Under the pieces are notes generated by a model. It was not told the origin of the DNA, ran no database searches, and was given only the letters and a program-made list of their open reading frames with translations. From contig JAUCBJ010006267.1 in assembly GCA_032718475.1 (NCBI GenBank), positions 1 through 58,209 on the forward strand: 58,209 bases of DNA, read 5' to 3'. Below are positions 24,875 through 37,944 of this stretch, piece after piece. This DNA is from Nemertoderma westbladi. Taxonomy: Eukaryota; Animalia; Xenacoelomorpha. Each line of letters starts with the position of its first letter. Position 1 is the first letter of the stretch. The translations under genes were made by a program, and so were the position numbers.

Positions 24875-25430
24875 GTATGACCTCATCTTTACTTCTCCAG
24901 CAGTGCCCACTGAATCTTAATCTGCGTTCACGGAGGGTGTTGGATACAGGTGGTATTGTTGGGCCATAGAGCTCGGCGTTTGTAAAGTGTTGTCTCCAGC
25001 TGATGTTTAGGGCTGCCCTTAGTACTTAGTGGTCTTTTGTGGCAACCATCAATTCGTTGTTCAAGTGATTTCGTCAGTGTCCAGGACCAGGTCTCACCCC
25101 GTATAAAAGTGCACTTTCCACTGTGGCTCGAAAGAACTTCTTGGTAGCAGTTATATGCAGTCTAACCTCCTTAGCAGCCCTCTCCACTTTATTCTGTAGA
25201 AGCCGTGCATAAGCCTAGCGTATTAGAAAGCAGGGTGATGTCATCCGCAAAGTCGGTGTCTGTGACTGTAGTTGCCGAATATCACAATCAGACAAGCTAA
25301 CACAAGCAGACAGATACCACGATAGTTTGTTGGTTCACCGAGGCGTCCTTTCTTAGGAAAAGGCTTTAGTTGACCTTCAGTCGAAGAGGTGTTGGCTTTT
25401 CCCCTTTCAGCATCCGGTTGCAAACATCCA
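24875..25430 (-). mobile_element. RTE family A fragments (deleted, frameshifted)
   Basis: PFPKKGRLGEPTNYRGICL, TDTDFADDITLLSN (RT FADD motif), FFRATVESALLYG and ALNISWRQH are all on the minus strand. Confidence 0.88.
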
Positions 25431-25709
25431 ATAATGGTCTGTTTAGTATGCAAAAAACAGTCAAATATAAAATAAATATGAACTAAATAATGAATTTGGG
25501 TAATAATTAATATTTATTTATGTTAATTTATCGACATTTGTTGCCCCTATGTGCCGGGCTGGGTACAGCAGACCAACATCCGTTCGCTTGTTGTTCCATG
25601 TGCTCCGTATTTATCTTGGTGTTAAATTATAATAATTATTTTTTGTTATTTTGCTGCAATCTTGTCTAACTAACTAGCTAGTTGTAATAATAATTTATAG
25701 TTTAGTAAT

Positions 25710-26002
25710 GCGCGCGCGACATGGGAAAACCCATATCGGCCATGTCGCGCGCAAACTTCCATGTCAAGCACGCAAACTTCCATGTCAAGCACGCAAACTT
25801 TCTGCCATTTCGGTGTAGAAACATTTGCGCGCGCGACATGAAAGTTTGCGCGCGCAACATGGAAGTTTGCGCGCGCGAACTACAATGTCGCGCGCGCATA
25901 CTTCCATATCGCACGCGCATATGTTTCTACACGGAAATGGCATAAAGTTTGCGCGCGCGAAATGGAAGTTTGCACGCGACATGGCCGTTATGGGCTTCCG
26001 TA
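25710..26002. mobile_element. Palindromic CpG-rich MITE built from ~21-bp subrepeats
   Basis: CCCATATCGGCCATGTCGCG..TGCCATTTCGGTGTAGAAACAT is mirrored by ATGTTTCTACACGGAAATGGCA..CGCGACATGGCCGTTATGGG; right end GCTTCCGTA. Confidence 0.85.
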
Positions 26003-26915
26003 GTTTAGCACTCCTGTTTTCCATACCTCCGCTGGGATTTCATCTAATCCACTCGCTTTATTATTGGACATGCTTGTAATGCTTTTATGGAGTTCGGTGG
26101 GGGTGAAGTCCCCTGTTTCTATAGGTAGCGTCTTGTCATATATTTTCCTTGTAGGGCTGACCTCGATGTTTGGTGGCTGCCCGAGCAAGTCACTGAAGTG
26201 ATCTTTCCATTCCCCAACACGTTCTTCAGGACTATCATCTTTGAGGCGCCCCTTTGCACAACGTTTCCGACCAGATACCTCATTTACAGTTTGCCAGGTA
26301 AGTCTTGATTGTTGCTGTATGTGAGCAGTTGTAATTTTTTCAATTTTATCCTTTAATTTTTCAATTTTATCAATTTTTCATGTACTTCTCCTGGCTGATG
26401 TTGTAAGCCAATTAAAGATCTCCCATAGATTTCTCAACCTTATTGATGTTTTCAGCTGTTGGTTGTTCAATTTTTACTTTGTAGGCTATCTTAAGATCTT
26501 CTATCCTACAGTAACCTCAGAGCCTTGCCATGGCATAATTTGCCATGGCAAGGCTCTGAGGCATATTCCTCAGAAACCCAAATGAAAACAGTATATTATA
26601 CTGTTTTCATTTGGGTTTCTGGGGAATATGCCTCTTGGCTTGGCTGATTCCGTGTGGGCTTTTATTATATTTTGGTATATTCAATCGGTAGACAGGAGTA
26701 TTTCAAAGCGGTTTTGAACTTCTACTGTGTAAGCATCCTTTACAGCATTGTCAGTTCTGAGTTTCTCCCAGTCATAGTTGATTCGCTTGCTCGTCCTTGG
26801 TTTGTTGGCTCTCAAACTCTGAGTCTGATCTCTGCAGTCACTATTCTGTGGTCAGAACCAATTAGGTTGAACGATGTGTATGCCCCGCAGTTAATCTGTT
26901 TCCGCACATTTTGTT
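26003..26915 (-). mobile_element. RTE family A fragment: end of APE domain and linker to RT
   Basis: NCGAYTSFNLIGSDHRIVTAEIRL (APE SDH motif), WKDHFSDLLG and NNKASGLDEIPAEVWK. Confidence 0.88.
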
Positions 26916-28031
26916 TATAAGGATGTTTAATAAGGAATACTTTTGCAATACTCACCCCCCCCCCCCCCCCACCTATCATTTTATAAGTATAGGTTATCAT
27001 CGTATTCAGACGTATCGTATTAGCACTAGGTTATCGTATTATATGTAAATGATTTTTCCCTATGAACCGACGCTGCTTTGAATCTCGAAAAATGATGGAT
27101 GAGCAAATAATTAACAAAATATCCTAGTTATTTCCATGTAAAATATAGTTACCCCACCCCGCCCCTAAAAAATTGGTAAAAATAATGGTGATATATGTAG
27201 CAGTAAATTGACACATAATTTGTTACGCACAGTAAGTATTTTACGCTCGTCAGTTCGATTATAAAGCTTAGAATTAAATACAGAATAATGGAAATTAAAT
27301 CAGAGATAATTAATTACATATTAATACATTAGATGCTGCCTAAGTAAATTCATGACGGAAATGTTAATCACACAATGTAATTCGACGTGAAATTTAATAA
27401 TGCCCGTCCAAATAAGAGATTAGGTAGGTTTAATGAAAAAAACAACCTTCAGATGCATGCATACCTACCACATTAACAAAGGCCAACTTAGTTAAGCCAA
27501 AGTTTAGCTCTCTTATATTTTGTTCTAATTGTGCACCATTTTTGTAGGGCAGAAAAAAACATTGTTGTTTTCTGAAAATCTCCTTGATCATGGAACATGT
27601 AAGATTGCAATACCAATCTCTCAGATATGTAATACAATTCATTGGACATCTACAGTACATCCTGGAATGGAAGACTGTTCAGGCAGCCCCCCCCCCCCCC
27701 CCCCCTCGTCGTTTAAGTGTTTATCTTTCGATTTCACTTATCATTGTTACTTTCACAGTCTTAAACGTACTTCATCAACCTCTAACATTCATTCGGATAC
27801 AAGATAGTCCGTCATTCCCGCCTAATCGAACAGTAAAAGTTATAGCGCGTATCGTTTAGTAATCCATGTTCACCCCCATTGCGCCTCATTGCACGCAACC
27901 CCCATCCCCCTTCCCAATCAGCTTTTAAACATTAGTCACAGACAGAAAACAGACATTCCGACCGACAAACAGACTATACGGTTCGATGGACAGTCATTCC
28001 TGATTTAATGCGCTACTTACTGTACATACTA

Positions 28032-28460
28032 CAACTACTACTACTACGATCGGCATGCTGCATTGCAGCTGCATTATATATATTACATATATATTAAGAA
28101 TGCTGTGCCGGCTTGTCGACAAAATTGCGCCGCCACAACTCCCTACCACCCATGACATTTGCTAGTTCATCCGCATCTTCAAGGCCAGTGTCTTTTAAGA
28201 TGCGTCTCAAGAAAGTCATAGGCTGTCCACCATGCTTATTCGCTCCATGAGGCCGCCAAAGTACAAGATTACTTGTCCTCACGGCGAAAGCAATGTCCTG
28301 CAAAGCGGAGGCGGTTCCTTTCAAGAGTCAAGCTAGGGGAAACTAATGGAACACCTCCAATGTTGCATAGAGTCTTATTGGAGATGGATTCATTGTACTT
28401 GACACAATGAACCCGGTGCAGCACTCTTGTGAAAGTGCCATCCAGACAGTACATGCAACG
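28032..28460 (-). mobile_element. RTE family B, 3' end, second copy
   Basis: Near-identical to 13411-13735; RLRFAGHCFRRED, LWRPHG..RRILKDTGL; (CTA)n tail. Confidence 0.9.
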
Positions 28461-30007
28461 GCTTCGCTACACTTTATAACACACTGAAGAAGCATGAAGT
28501 TTCCATAATATGATTGTCATATAAGTTGATCACAAAGTATAATTGATGTGGTACTGACGACTCAGCGAATCTTAACAGATTGAACATCAAACTAATTACC
28601 CTATTTCACCGGCGAATTACTCTGAAGGCCGAAGGGAGGTATGGGGGACCACCGCGGATTGGTTAATAATACGAAATAATCGAGAATTAAGTTTCTTGGA
28701 TAGAAGAGAAAGCTTTGGTGGCCAAGGGCCATAGGTAACCGTGGAACAACGACCTTCCTTCTAATTACCCGCGCTGACAAATGTGCTACCGCAATAAATT
28801 GACGTTCCTAAAACTAGTTTAAATCGTGGCAGCCTTTATCCCCCATCGCCAGCTCATCCCAAAAAGCCTTGGTCTCTTTGACAGCCTATTAACCAAATAA
28901 TATTTCCAAGTTAATATTTAGTAATACGTTAATCTTATCGCGGAGATTTAAAAGCTTGACAGTGATTATCGGCAGCAAAGAGGTTTCACACATCACGCCT
29001 TGTTACTCAGACAAACCGACTAAATACATTACGGTGATGGATGCTACGAAAATAGCTGACAATTTCCTAGATTATCATTATAGCTCACATCGCCAACACA
29101 AATCTTGTAATTTCAAATTGGAATATTTCGAATGTTTTTACATATTGTTTCCCAGTAGCATTGAAAAGCTACATTATTACACGCCGATCGTCCTAAAGTG
29201 TCGAAATTAGTCTCTTAGCTGGTTATCTTAAGTACAATATAATTAATTAATTGGTAACAAAACTGTATGAAAGTTAGTTTTCGTTTTTATAATTATTATT
29301 ATTATATATTATATATTATTGTTTCGAGGTGTGACAGGTGTGGTCGAGGTGTGGTCGAGGTTTGACATGGACACGAAATTCCTTTCGAAGTGTTGGAATT
29401 GTTGGCCATTTGTAAGTGTTGACACGGATTCCATAGCACCTGCTAGGCCTGCAGTATTACTGCAGTTAATTATTTTAATTCGGAAGGCAGTCGATTACAA
29501 AATAAGCAAAAATTCTGAAAATTTTATACTATTTTAGGACACTTTTCAAGATCCTTTAGGGCCACGCCACAATAAGTCTAAAATCCTGGTTATGAAAATA
29601 GCAGTGAGGTAGTACAAGAGAAAAAAAACTGTATAACATTCAATTATTTCTGCTATCCAACAGCCTATTGATAATATCTGTTGATAAAATATATTGAAGG
29701 CCGAAAAACTTAGTAAAACAGTAGGTTCTAATAGAAACGATATGAAGTAGTTTAAATTTAACGCATGACCGGGATTCGAACAAGGGACCACTCCACTACA
29801 CACACAGTATTGTTTTATTCGTACTTATTACGGTGCACAACCTCACCTCCAGATAGGAGATAATATCGGCTATCATTACCAGTACAACTATGCTGAAAAG
29901 TGATAGTGACACTCCGAATGTAGATTATAACAAAGTGAGGGAATAAACCAAAACGACGATCATTACAATACTGGATAGGTTCGTCAGTTAGCACTTGAAC
30001 CTTTGAG

Positions 30008-30368
30008 TCATACGATATTGATTTGATATCTCATACGATATTGATTTGATATCTCATACGATATTGATTTGATATCTCATACGATATTGATTTGATATCT
30101 CATATGATATTGATTTGATATCTCATATGATATTGATTTGATATCTCATATGATATTGATTTGATATCTCATATGATATTGATTTGATATCTCATATGAT
30201 ATTGATTTGATATCTCATATGATATTGATTTGATATCTCATATGATATTGATTTGATATCTCATACGATATTGATTTGATATCTCATATGATATTGATTT
30301 GATATCTCATACGATATTGATTTGATATCTCATATCATATTGATTTGATATCTCATATGATATTGATA
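30008..30368. repeat. 23-bp tandem repeat, ~15 copies
   Basis: Unit TCTCATA(T/C)GATATTGATTTGATA. Confidence 0.97.
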
Positions 30369-30466
30369 TATTTTATATAATAATATATATTTCAGCGATA
30401 TTTTTTATGAGTTACATTTAATTCATTATATTTTAATCGTTATGATTCATTGAGAATATGGGGAAT

Positions 30467-33400
30467 GTCGGCATAGTAAGTGTATTAGTCGGCACAGTGA
30501 GTGTATTAGTTGGTACAGTAAGTGTATTAGTTGGCACAGTAAGTGTATTAGTTGGCACAGTAAGTGATATTAGTCGGCACAGTAAGTGTATTAGTTGGCA
30601 CAGTAAGTGTATTAGTTGGCACAGTGCGTGTAATAGTTGGCACAGTAAGTGTATTAGTTGGCACAGTAAGTGTATTTGTCGGCACAGTGCGTGTATTAGT
30701 TGGCACAGTAAGTATATTAGTCGGCACAGTAAGTGTATTAGTCGGCACAGTAAGTGTATTAGTTGGCACAGTAAGTGTATTAGTCGGCACAGTAAGTGTA
30801 TTAGTTGGCACAGTAAGTGTATTAGTTGGCACAGTAAGTGTATTAGTCGGCACAGTAAGTATATTAGTCGGCACAGTGCGTGTATTAGTTGGCACAGTAA
30901 GTGTATTAGTTGGCACAGTAAGTGTATTAGTTGGCACAGTAAGTATATTAGTCGGCACAGTGCGTGTATTAGTTGGCACAGTAAGTATATTAGTCGGCAC
31001 AGTGCGTGTATTAGTTGGCACAGTAAGTGTATTAGTTGGCACAGTAAGTGTATTAGTTGGCACAGTAAGTGTATTAGTCGGCACAGTGCGTGTATTAGTT
31101 GGCACAGTAAGTGTATTAGTTGGCACAGTAAGTGTATTAGTTGGCACAGTAAGTGTATTAGTTGGCACAGTAAGTGTATTAGTTGGCACAGTAAGTATAT
31201 TAGTCGGCACAGTAAGTGTATTAGTCGGCACAGTAAGTGTATTAGTTGGCACAGTAAGTGTATTAGTTGGCACAGTAAGTGTATTAGTTGGCACAGTAAG
31301 TGTATTAGTTGGCACAGTAAGTGTATTAGTCGGCACAGTAAGTATATTAGTCGGCACAGTGCGTGTATTAGTTGGCACAGTAAGTGTATTAGTTGGCACA
31401 GTAAGTGTATTAGTTGGCACAGTAAGTATATTAGTCGGCACAGTGCGTGTATTAGTTGGCACAGTAAGTATATTAGTCGGCACAGTGCGTGTATTAGTTG
31501 GCACAGTAAGTGTATTAGTTGGCACAGTAAGTGTATTAGTTGGCACAGTAAGTATATTAGTCGGCACAGTGAGTGTATTAGTCGGCACAGTAAGTGTATT
31601 AGTTGGCACAGTGAGTGTATTAGTCGGCACAGTGCGTGCATTAGTTGGCACAGTAAGTGTATTAGTCGGCACAGTAAGTGTATTAGTTGGCACAGTAAGT
31701 ATATTAGTCGGCACAGTGCGTGTATTAGTCGGCACAGTAAGTGTATTAGTTGGCACAGTAAGTGTATTAGTTGGCACAGTAAGTGTATTAGTCGGCACAG
31801 TGCGTGTATTAGTTGGCACAGTAAGTGTATTAGTTGGCACAGTAAGTGTATTAGTTGGCACAGTAAGTGTATTAGTTGGCACAGTAAGTGTATTAGTTGG
31901 CACAGTAAGTATATTAGTTGGCACAGTAAGTGTATTAGTTGGCACAGTAAGTGTATTAGTTGGCACAGTAAGTGTATTAGTCGGCACAGTAAGTGTATTA
32001 GTTGGCACAGTAAGTGTATTAGTTGGCACAGTAAGTGTATTAGTCGGCACAGTAAGTATATTAGTCGGCACAGTGCGTGTATTAGTTGGCACAGTAAGTG
32101 TATTAGTTGGCACAGTAAGTGTATTAGTTGGCACAGTAAGTATATTAGTCGGCACAGTGCGTGTATTAGTTGGCACAGTAAGTATATTAGTCGGCACAGT
32201 GCGTGTATTAGTTGGCACAGTAAGTGTATTAGTTGGCACAGTAAGTGTATTAGTTGGCACAGTAAGTGTATTAGTTGGCACAGTAAGTGTATTAGTTGGC
32301 ACAGTAAGTATATTAGTCGGCACAGTAAGTGTATTAGTCGGCACAGTAAGTGTATTAGTTGGCACAGTAAGTGTATTAGTCGGCACAGTAAGTGTATTAG
32401 TTGGCACAGTAAGTATATTAGTCGGCACAGTGCGTGTATTAGTTGGCACAGTAAGTATATTAGTCGGCACAGTGCGTGTATTAGTTGGCACAGTAAGTGT
32501 ATTAGTCGGCACAGTGCGTGTATTAGTTGGCACAGTAAGTGTATTAGTTGGCACAGTAAGTGTATTAGTTGGCACAGTAAGTGTATTAGTTGGCACAGTA
32601 AGTGTATTAGTTGGCACAGTAAGTATATTAGTCGGCACAGTAAGTGTATTAGTCGGCACAGTAAGTGTATTAGTTGGCACAGTAAGTGTATTAGTCGGCA
32701 CAGTAAGTGTATTAGTTGGCACAGTAAGTGTATTAGTTGGCACAGTAAGTGTATTAGTCGGCACAGTAAGTATATTAGTCGGCACAGTGCGTGTATTAGT
32801 TGGCACAGTAAGTGTATTAGTTGGCACAGTAAGTGTATTAGTTGGCACAGTAAGTATATTAGTCGGCACAGTGCGTGTATTAGTTGGCACAGTAAGTATA
32901 TTAGTCGGCACAGTGCGTGTATTAGTTGGCACAGTAAGTGTATTAGTTGGCACAGTAAGTGTATTAGTTGGCACAGTAAGTGTATTAGTTGGCACAGTAA
33001 GTGTATTAGTTGGCACAGTAAGTATATTAGTCGGCACAGTAAGTGTATTAGTCGGCACAGTAAGTGTATTAGTTGGCACAGTAAGTGTATTAGTCGGCAC
33101 AGTAAGTGTATTAGTTGGCACAGTGCGTGCATTAGTTGGCACAGTAAGTGTATTAGTTGGCACAGTAAGTGTATTAGTTGGCACAGTGCGTGTAATAGTT
33201 GGCACAGTAAGTGTATTAGTTGGCACAGTGCGTGCATTAGTTGGCACAGTAAGTGTATTAGTTGGCACAGTAAGTGTATTAGTTGGCACAGTGCGTGTAA
33301 TAGTTGGCACAGTAAGTGTATTAGTTGGCACAGTAAGTGTATTAGTTGGCACAGTAAGTGTATTAGTTGGCACAGTAAGTATATTAGTCGGCACAGTGCG

Positions 33401-36133
33401 TGTATTAGTTGGCACAGTAAGTGTATTAGTTGGCACAGTAAGTGTATTAGTTTTGCACAGTAAGTGTATTAGTTGGCACAGTGAGTGTATTAGTCGGCAC
33501 AGTAAGTGTATTAGTTGGCACAGTAAGTGTATTAGTTGGCACAGTGCGTGTATTAGTTGGCACAGTAAGTGTATTAGTTGGCACAGTAAGTGTATTAGTT
33601 GGCACAGTAAGTGTATTAGTTGGCACAGTAAGTATATTAGTCGGCACAGTGCGTGTATTAGTTGGCACAGTAAGTGTATTAGTTGGCACAGTAAGTGTAT
33701 TAGTTGGCACAGTAAGTGTATTAGTCGGCACAGTGAGTGTATTAGTTGGCACAGTAAGTATATTAGTCGGCACAGTAAGTGTATTAGTTGGCACAGTAAG
33801 TGTATTAGTTGGCACAGTAAGTGTATTAGTTGGCACAGTAAGTATATTAGTCGGCACAGTGCGTGTATTAGTTGGCACAGTAAGTGTATTAGTTGGCACA
33901 GTAAGTATATTAGTCGGCACAGTAAGTGTATTAGTCGGCACAGTAAGTGTATTAGTTGGCACAGTGCGTGCATTAGTTGGCACAGTAAGTGTATTAGTTG
34001 GCTCAGTAAGTGTATTAGTTGGCACAGTGCGTGTAATAGTTGGCACAGTAAGTGTATTAGTTGGCACAGTAAGTGTATTAGTTGGCACAGTAAGTGTATT
34101 AGTTGGCACAGTAAGTATATTAGTCGGCACAGTAAGTGTATTAGTCGGCACAGTAAGTGTATTAGTCGGCACAGTGAGTGTATTAGTCGGCACAGTGAGT
34201 GTATTAGTCGGCACAGTAAGTGTATTAGTTGGCACAGTAAGTGTATTAGTCGGCACAGTAAGTGTATTAGTTGGCACAGTAAGTGTATTAGTTGGCACAG
34301 TAAGTGTATTAGTTGGCACAGTAAGTGTATTAGTCGGCACAGTAAGTGTATTAGTTGGCACAGTAAGTGTATTAGTTGGCACAGTAAGTGTATTAGTTGG
34401 CACAGTAAGTATATTAGTCGGCACAGTGCGTGTATTAGTTGGCACAGTAAGTGTATTAGTTGGCACAGTAAGTATATTAGTCGGCACAGTAAGTGTATTA
34501 GTCGGCACAGTAAGTGTATTAGTTGGCACAGTGCGTGCATTAGTTGGCACAGTAAGTGTATTAGTTGGCACAGTAAGTGTATTAGTTGGCACAGTGCGTG
34601 TAATAGTTGGCACAGTAAGTGTATTAGTTGGCACAGTAAGTGTATTAGTTGGCACAGTGAGTGTATTAGTTGGCACAGTAAGTATATTAGTCGGCACAGT
34701 GCGTGTATTAGTTGGCACAGTAAGTGTATTAGTTGGCACAGTAAGTATATTAGTCGGCACAGTAAGTGTATTAGTCGGCACAGTAAGTGTATTAGTTGGC
34801 ACAGTGAGTGTATTAGTTGGCACAGTAAGTGTATTAGTTGGCACAGTAAGTGTATTAGTTGGCACAGTGCGTGTAATAGTTGGCACAGTAAGTGTATTAG
34901 TTGGCACAGTAAGTGTATTAGTTGGCACAGTAAGTGTATTAGTTGGCACAGTGAGTGTATTAGTTGGCACAGTAAGTATATTAGTCGGCACAGTGCGTGT
35001 ATTAGTTGGCACAGTAAGTGTATTAGTTGGCACAGTAAGTATATTAGTCGGCACAGTAAGTGTATTAGTCGGCACAGTAAGTGTATTAGTTGGCACAGTG
35101 AGTGTATTAGTTGGCACAGTAAGTGTATTAGTTGGCACAGTAAGTGTATTAGTTGGCACAGTGCGTGTAATAGTTGGCACAGTAAGTGTATTAGTTGGCA
35201 CAGTAAGTGTATTAGTTGGCACAGTGAGTGTATTAGTTGGCACAGTAAGTGTATTAGTTGGCACAGTAAGTGTATTAGTTGGCACAGTAAGTGTATTAGT
35301 TGGCACAGTAAGTATATTAGTCGGCACAGTGCGTGTATTAGTTGGCACAGTAAGTGTATTAGTTGGCACAGTAAGTATATTAGTCGGCACAGTAAGTGTA
35401 TTAGTCGGCACAGTAAGTGTATTAGTTGGCACAGTGCGTGCATTAGTTGGCACAGTAAGTGTATTAGTTGGCACAGTAAGTGTATTAGTTGGCACAGTGC
35501 GTGTAATAGTTGGCACAGTAAGTGTATTAGTTGGCACAGTAAGTGTATTAGTTGGCACAGTAAGTGTATTAGTTGGCACAGTAAGTATATTAGTCGGCAC
35601 AGTGAGTGTATTAGTCGGCACAGTAAGTGTATTAGTCGGCACAGTGAGTGTATTAGTCGGCACAGTGAGTGTATTAGTCGGCACAGTAAGTGTATTAGTT
35701 GGCACAGTAAGTGTATTAGTCGGCACAGTGAGTGTATTAGTCGGCACAGTGAGTGTATTAGTTGGCACAGTAAGTGTATTAGTCGGCACAGTGAGTGTAT
35801 TAGTCGGCACAGTAAGTGTATTAGTGGGCACAGTGAGTGTATTAGTCGGCACAGTGCGTGTATTAGTTGGCACAGTAAGTGTATTAGTTGGCACAGTAAG
35901 TGTATTAGTTGGCACAGTAAGTGTATTAGTTGGCACAGTAAGTGTATTAGTTGGCACAGTAAGTGTATTATTTGGCACAGTAAGTGTATTATTTGGCACA
36001 GTAAGTGTATTAGTCGGCACAGTGAGTGTATTAGTCGGCACAGTGAGTGTATTAGTCGGCACAGTAAGTGTATTAGTTGGCACAGTAAGTGTATTAGTTG
36101 GCACAGTAAGTGTATTAGTTGGCACAGTGCGTG
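30467..36133. repeat. 21-bp satellite, ~5.7 kb (~270 copies)
   Basis: Unit ATTAGT(T/C)GGCACAGT(AA/GC/GA)GTGT with single-base insertions near 30567 and 33452. Confidence 0.99.
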
Positions 36134-36339
36134 TTCAATGAGATTTGTAATTCTAATTCAATTTGTTTAACATGATATTCTCTATTACGTATTTTGTAAT
36201 CAGCACCCAATAACGTAAAAATCAGTTTATTCCCATCCATTGTTTATTGTTTGGACGGGATAGTACTCTACGCCTATGTGATTACGTAGAGATTATTAAG
36301 CGAAGTATAAAACATTTATTGAGATTCACTTGGGCTGGA

Positions 36340-36640
36340 ATTGACGCGGACCACCAATTGTGAGGCTTAATGTGTTGCCTGTCCTTTTTTGTAGGTGACT
36401 AGTGATTGGACGCACCTAGCGATGTCCTATTAGCTGTGACCAATTGCCTATTCGCTATTGGTCAGGATATTTATCACTGCTTCCTTGGTTGAAAATAAGT
36501 TTGCAGTTGCTTAAAATGTCTTGAATATGTTTATACCGCAAACATATTTAAACAAAAACAAGAGAATCTGCCGAACAAGGAAGAAAGATAAACGTTCTCC
36601 GGTAAACACAGCTCAAACCACGCACTATTTCAGGTTAGTT
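36340..36640 (+). promoter_or_regulatory. Candidate SKOR promoter and non-coding first exon
   Basis: Four CCAAT/ATTGG boxes (36354, 36405, 36440, 36457) followed by a good donor CAG|GTTAGT at 36633/36634. The ATG-bearing SKOR exon has an acceptor at 41838, so it needs an upstream exon. Confidence 0.45.
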
Positions 36641-37044
36641 TTGGTAATATAATATCAGTACGTGTAACGTAGTAAGTAGCATTATTTCTATTTGCCGATA
36701 GATCCAATACTTCGTAATAGAACAAATACAAATACAAATACAGAAAGGCAAATACAGAAACGTAATATAAATATCAAATTTCTTTATTTATTTCTATTAG
36801 TTAATATTTTTCTAAGGTTCTAATAAATTTACTATCTTACCATCTCCCTTGTAGTTGACCTAGCTTGGCTAGTATTTAAATTTAGTTATCGGCACCGGCA
36901 AACTGTATGTAGACAGATTTAATATTTATCATAAACAGGACATGTATCAATACAATATATCTAAAATCGGCCTGCTGTATTGCAACTGCACATTGAGATG
37001 CTATGTGGCTTAACAAAAAAATTTTGTGCCAAACTCCGTGCAAT

Positions 37045-37745
37045 CTACAATTGGCTTGCTGTGATGCTGCGTGCATTAAGAATGCTATGCCGGCTTATCG
37101 ACAAAATTGCACCCCCATAACTCCCGCCTAAATGACTTTCGCGAGATTATCTGCATCATCAAGGCCACTTTCCTTTAGGGGGCGTCTCACGAAAGTCATG
37201 GGCTGTCTACCATGCTTATTTCCCCCATGAGGCTGCTAAAGCACGAGCTTGTGCACAAGCTGGTCTTCACGGCAAAAACAATATCCTGCAAAGCGGAGGC
37301 GGATTTGTCCAAGTCTCAAGCATTGGGGGGCCAATGGGACACCTCCAATATACAATAGTGTCTGGTTGGAGATGTGTGCATTGTACTTGGCACAGTGAAC
37401 CCGACGTAGCATTCTTGGGAATATGGGGTTCAGAGATTTGGTGTCCATGCTGAACATACATGATTAATCGACTGACTGAATCAAAGGCTTTAAAGAAGTC
37501 AACAAAGATAACAGCCAGATGTCTGTCTTTCTTTTTTGATAATTCTTCAATTAACCTTCTAAATGCCAACATGGGCTCCATGGTCCCACGACTTTACGGA
37601 ACCCATTCTGAATTCCACGTAGCTGTCTCTCAAAGGGATCTCTGATGCGATTTAATAGAATTCTATTGTATAGCTTTGCATCAATCGAGATCAATGAGAT
37701 TCCACGAAAAGATACATTGTTAGGGTGTTCCCTTCTTGGGAACTG
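37045..37745 (-). mobile_element. RTE family B, third copy, internally deleted
   Basis: FRGISLISIDAKLYNRILLNRIR..QNGFR and LAVIFVDFFKAFDSV (RT motifs) are joined to IRLRFAGYCF and the family-B 3' end. Confidence 0.9.
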
Positions 37746-37944
37746 GCACCAACTTATTTTTTTATTATCTTGTGGGACTCTCATCGTTCTGTGTCCAGAT
37801 AGGCTGGGAAACTGGACGCAATAAAAATGCATCCCTCTCCAGGGTAAATTCGACGCAAATAACAGCTCTCAAAAATAAAACTGTAGCCTGTTCTATTGTG
37901 TTTAGTTTATTGTTTTGGTTATAACAACGTGCCTCTGTAACCTG

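Noticed and set aside
30008-36133. CRISPR-like appearance of regular short repeats (also 57438-58209)
   Set aside because: Units are head-to-tail with no unique spacers, there are no cas genes, and the context is eukaryotic.
30433-36170. ORFs of 886-1868 aa on both strands (VPTNTLT, LCQLIHL, HSKCISW, VLVGTVS repeats)
   Set aside because: They result from a 21-bp unit lacking stops in four frames. Frames swap at 1-bp insertions, and there is no unique domain, signal peptide or splice context.
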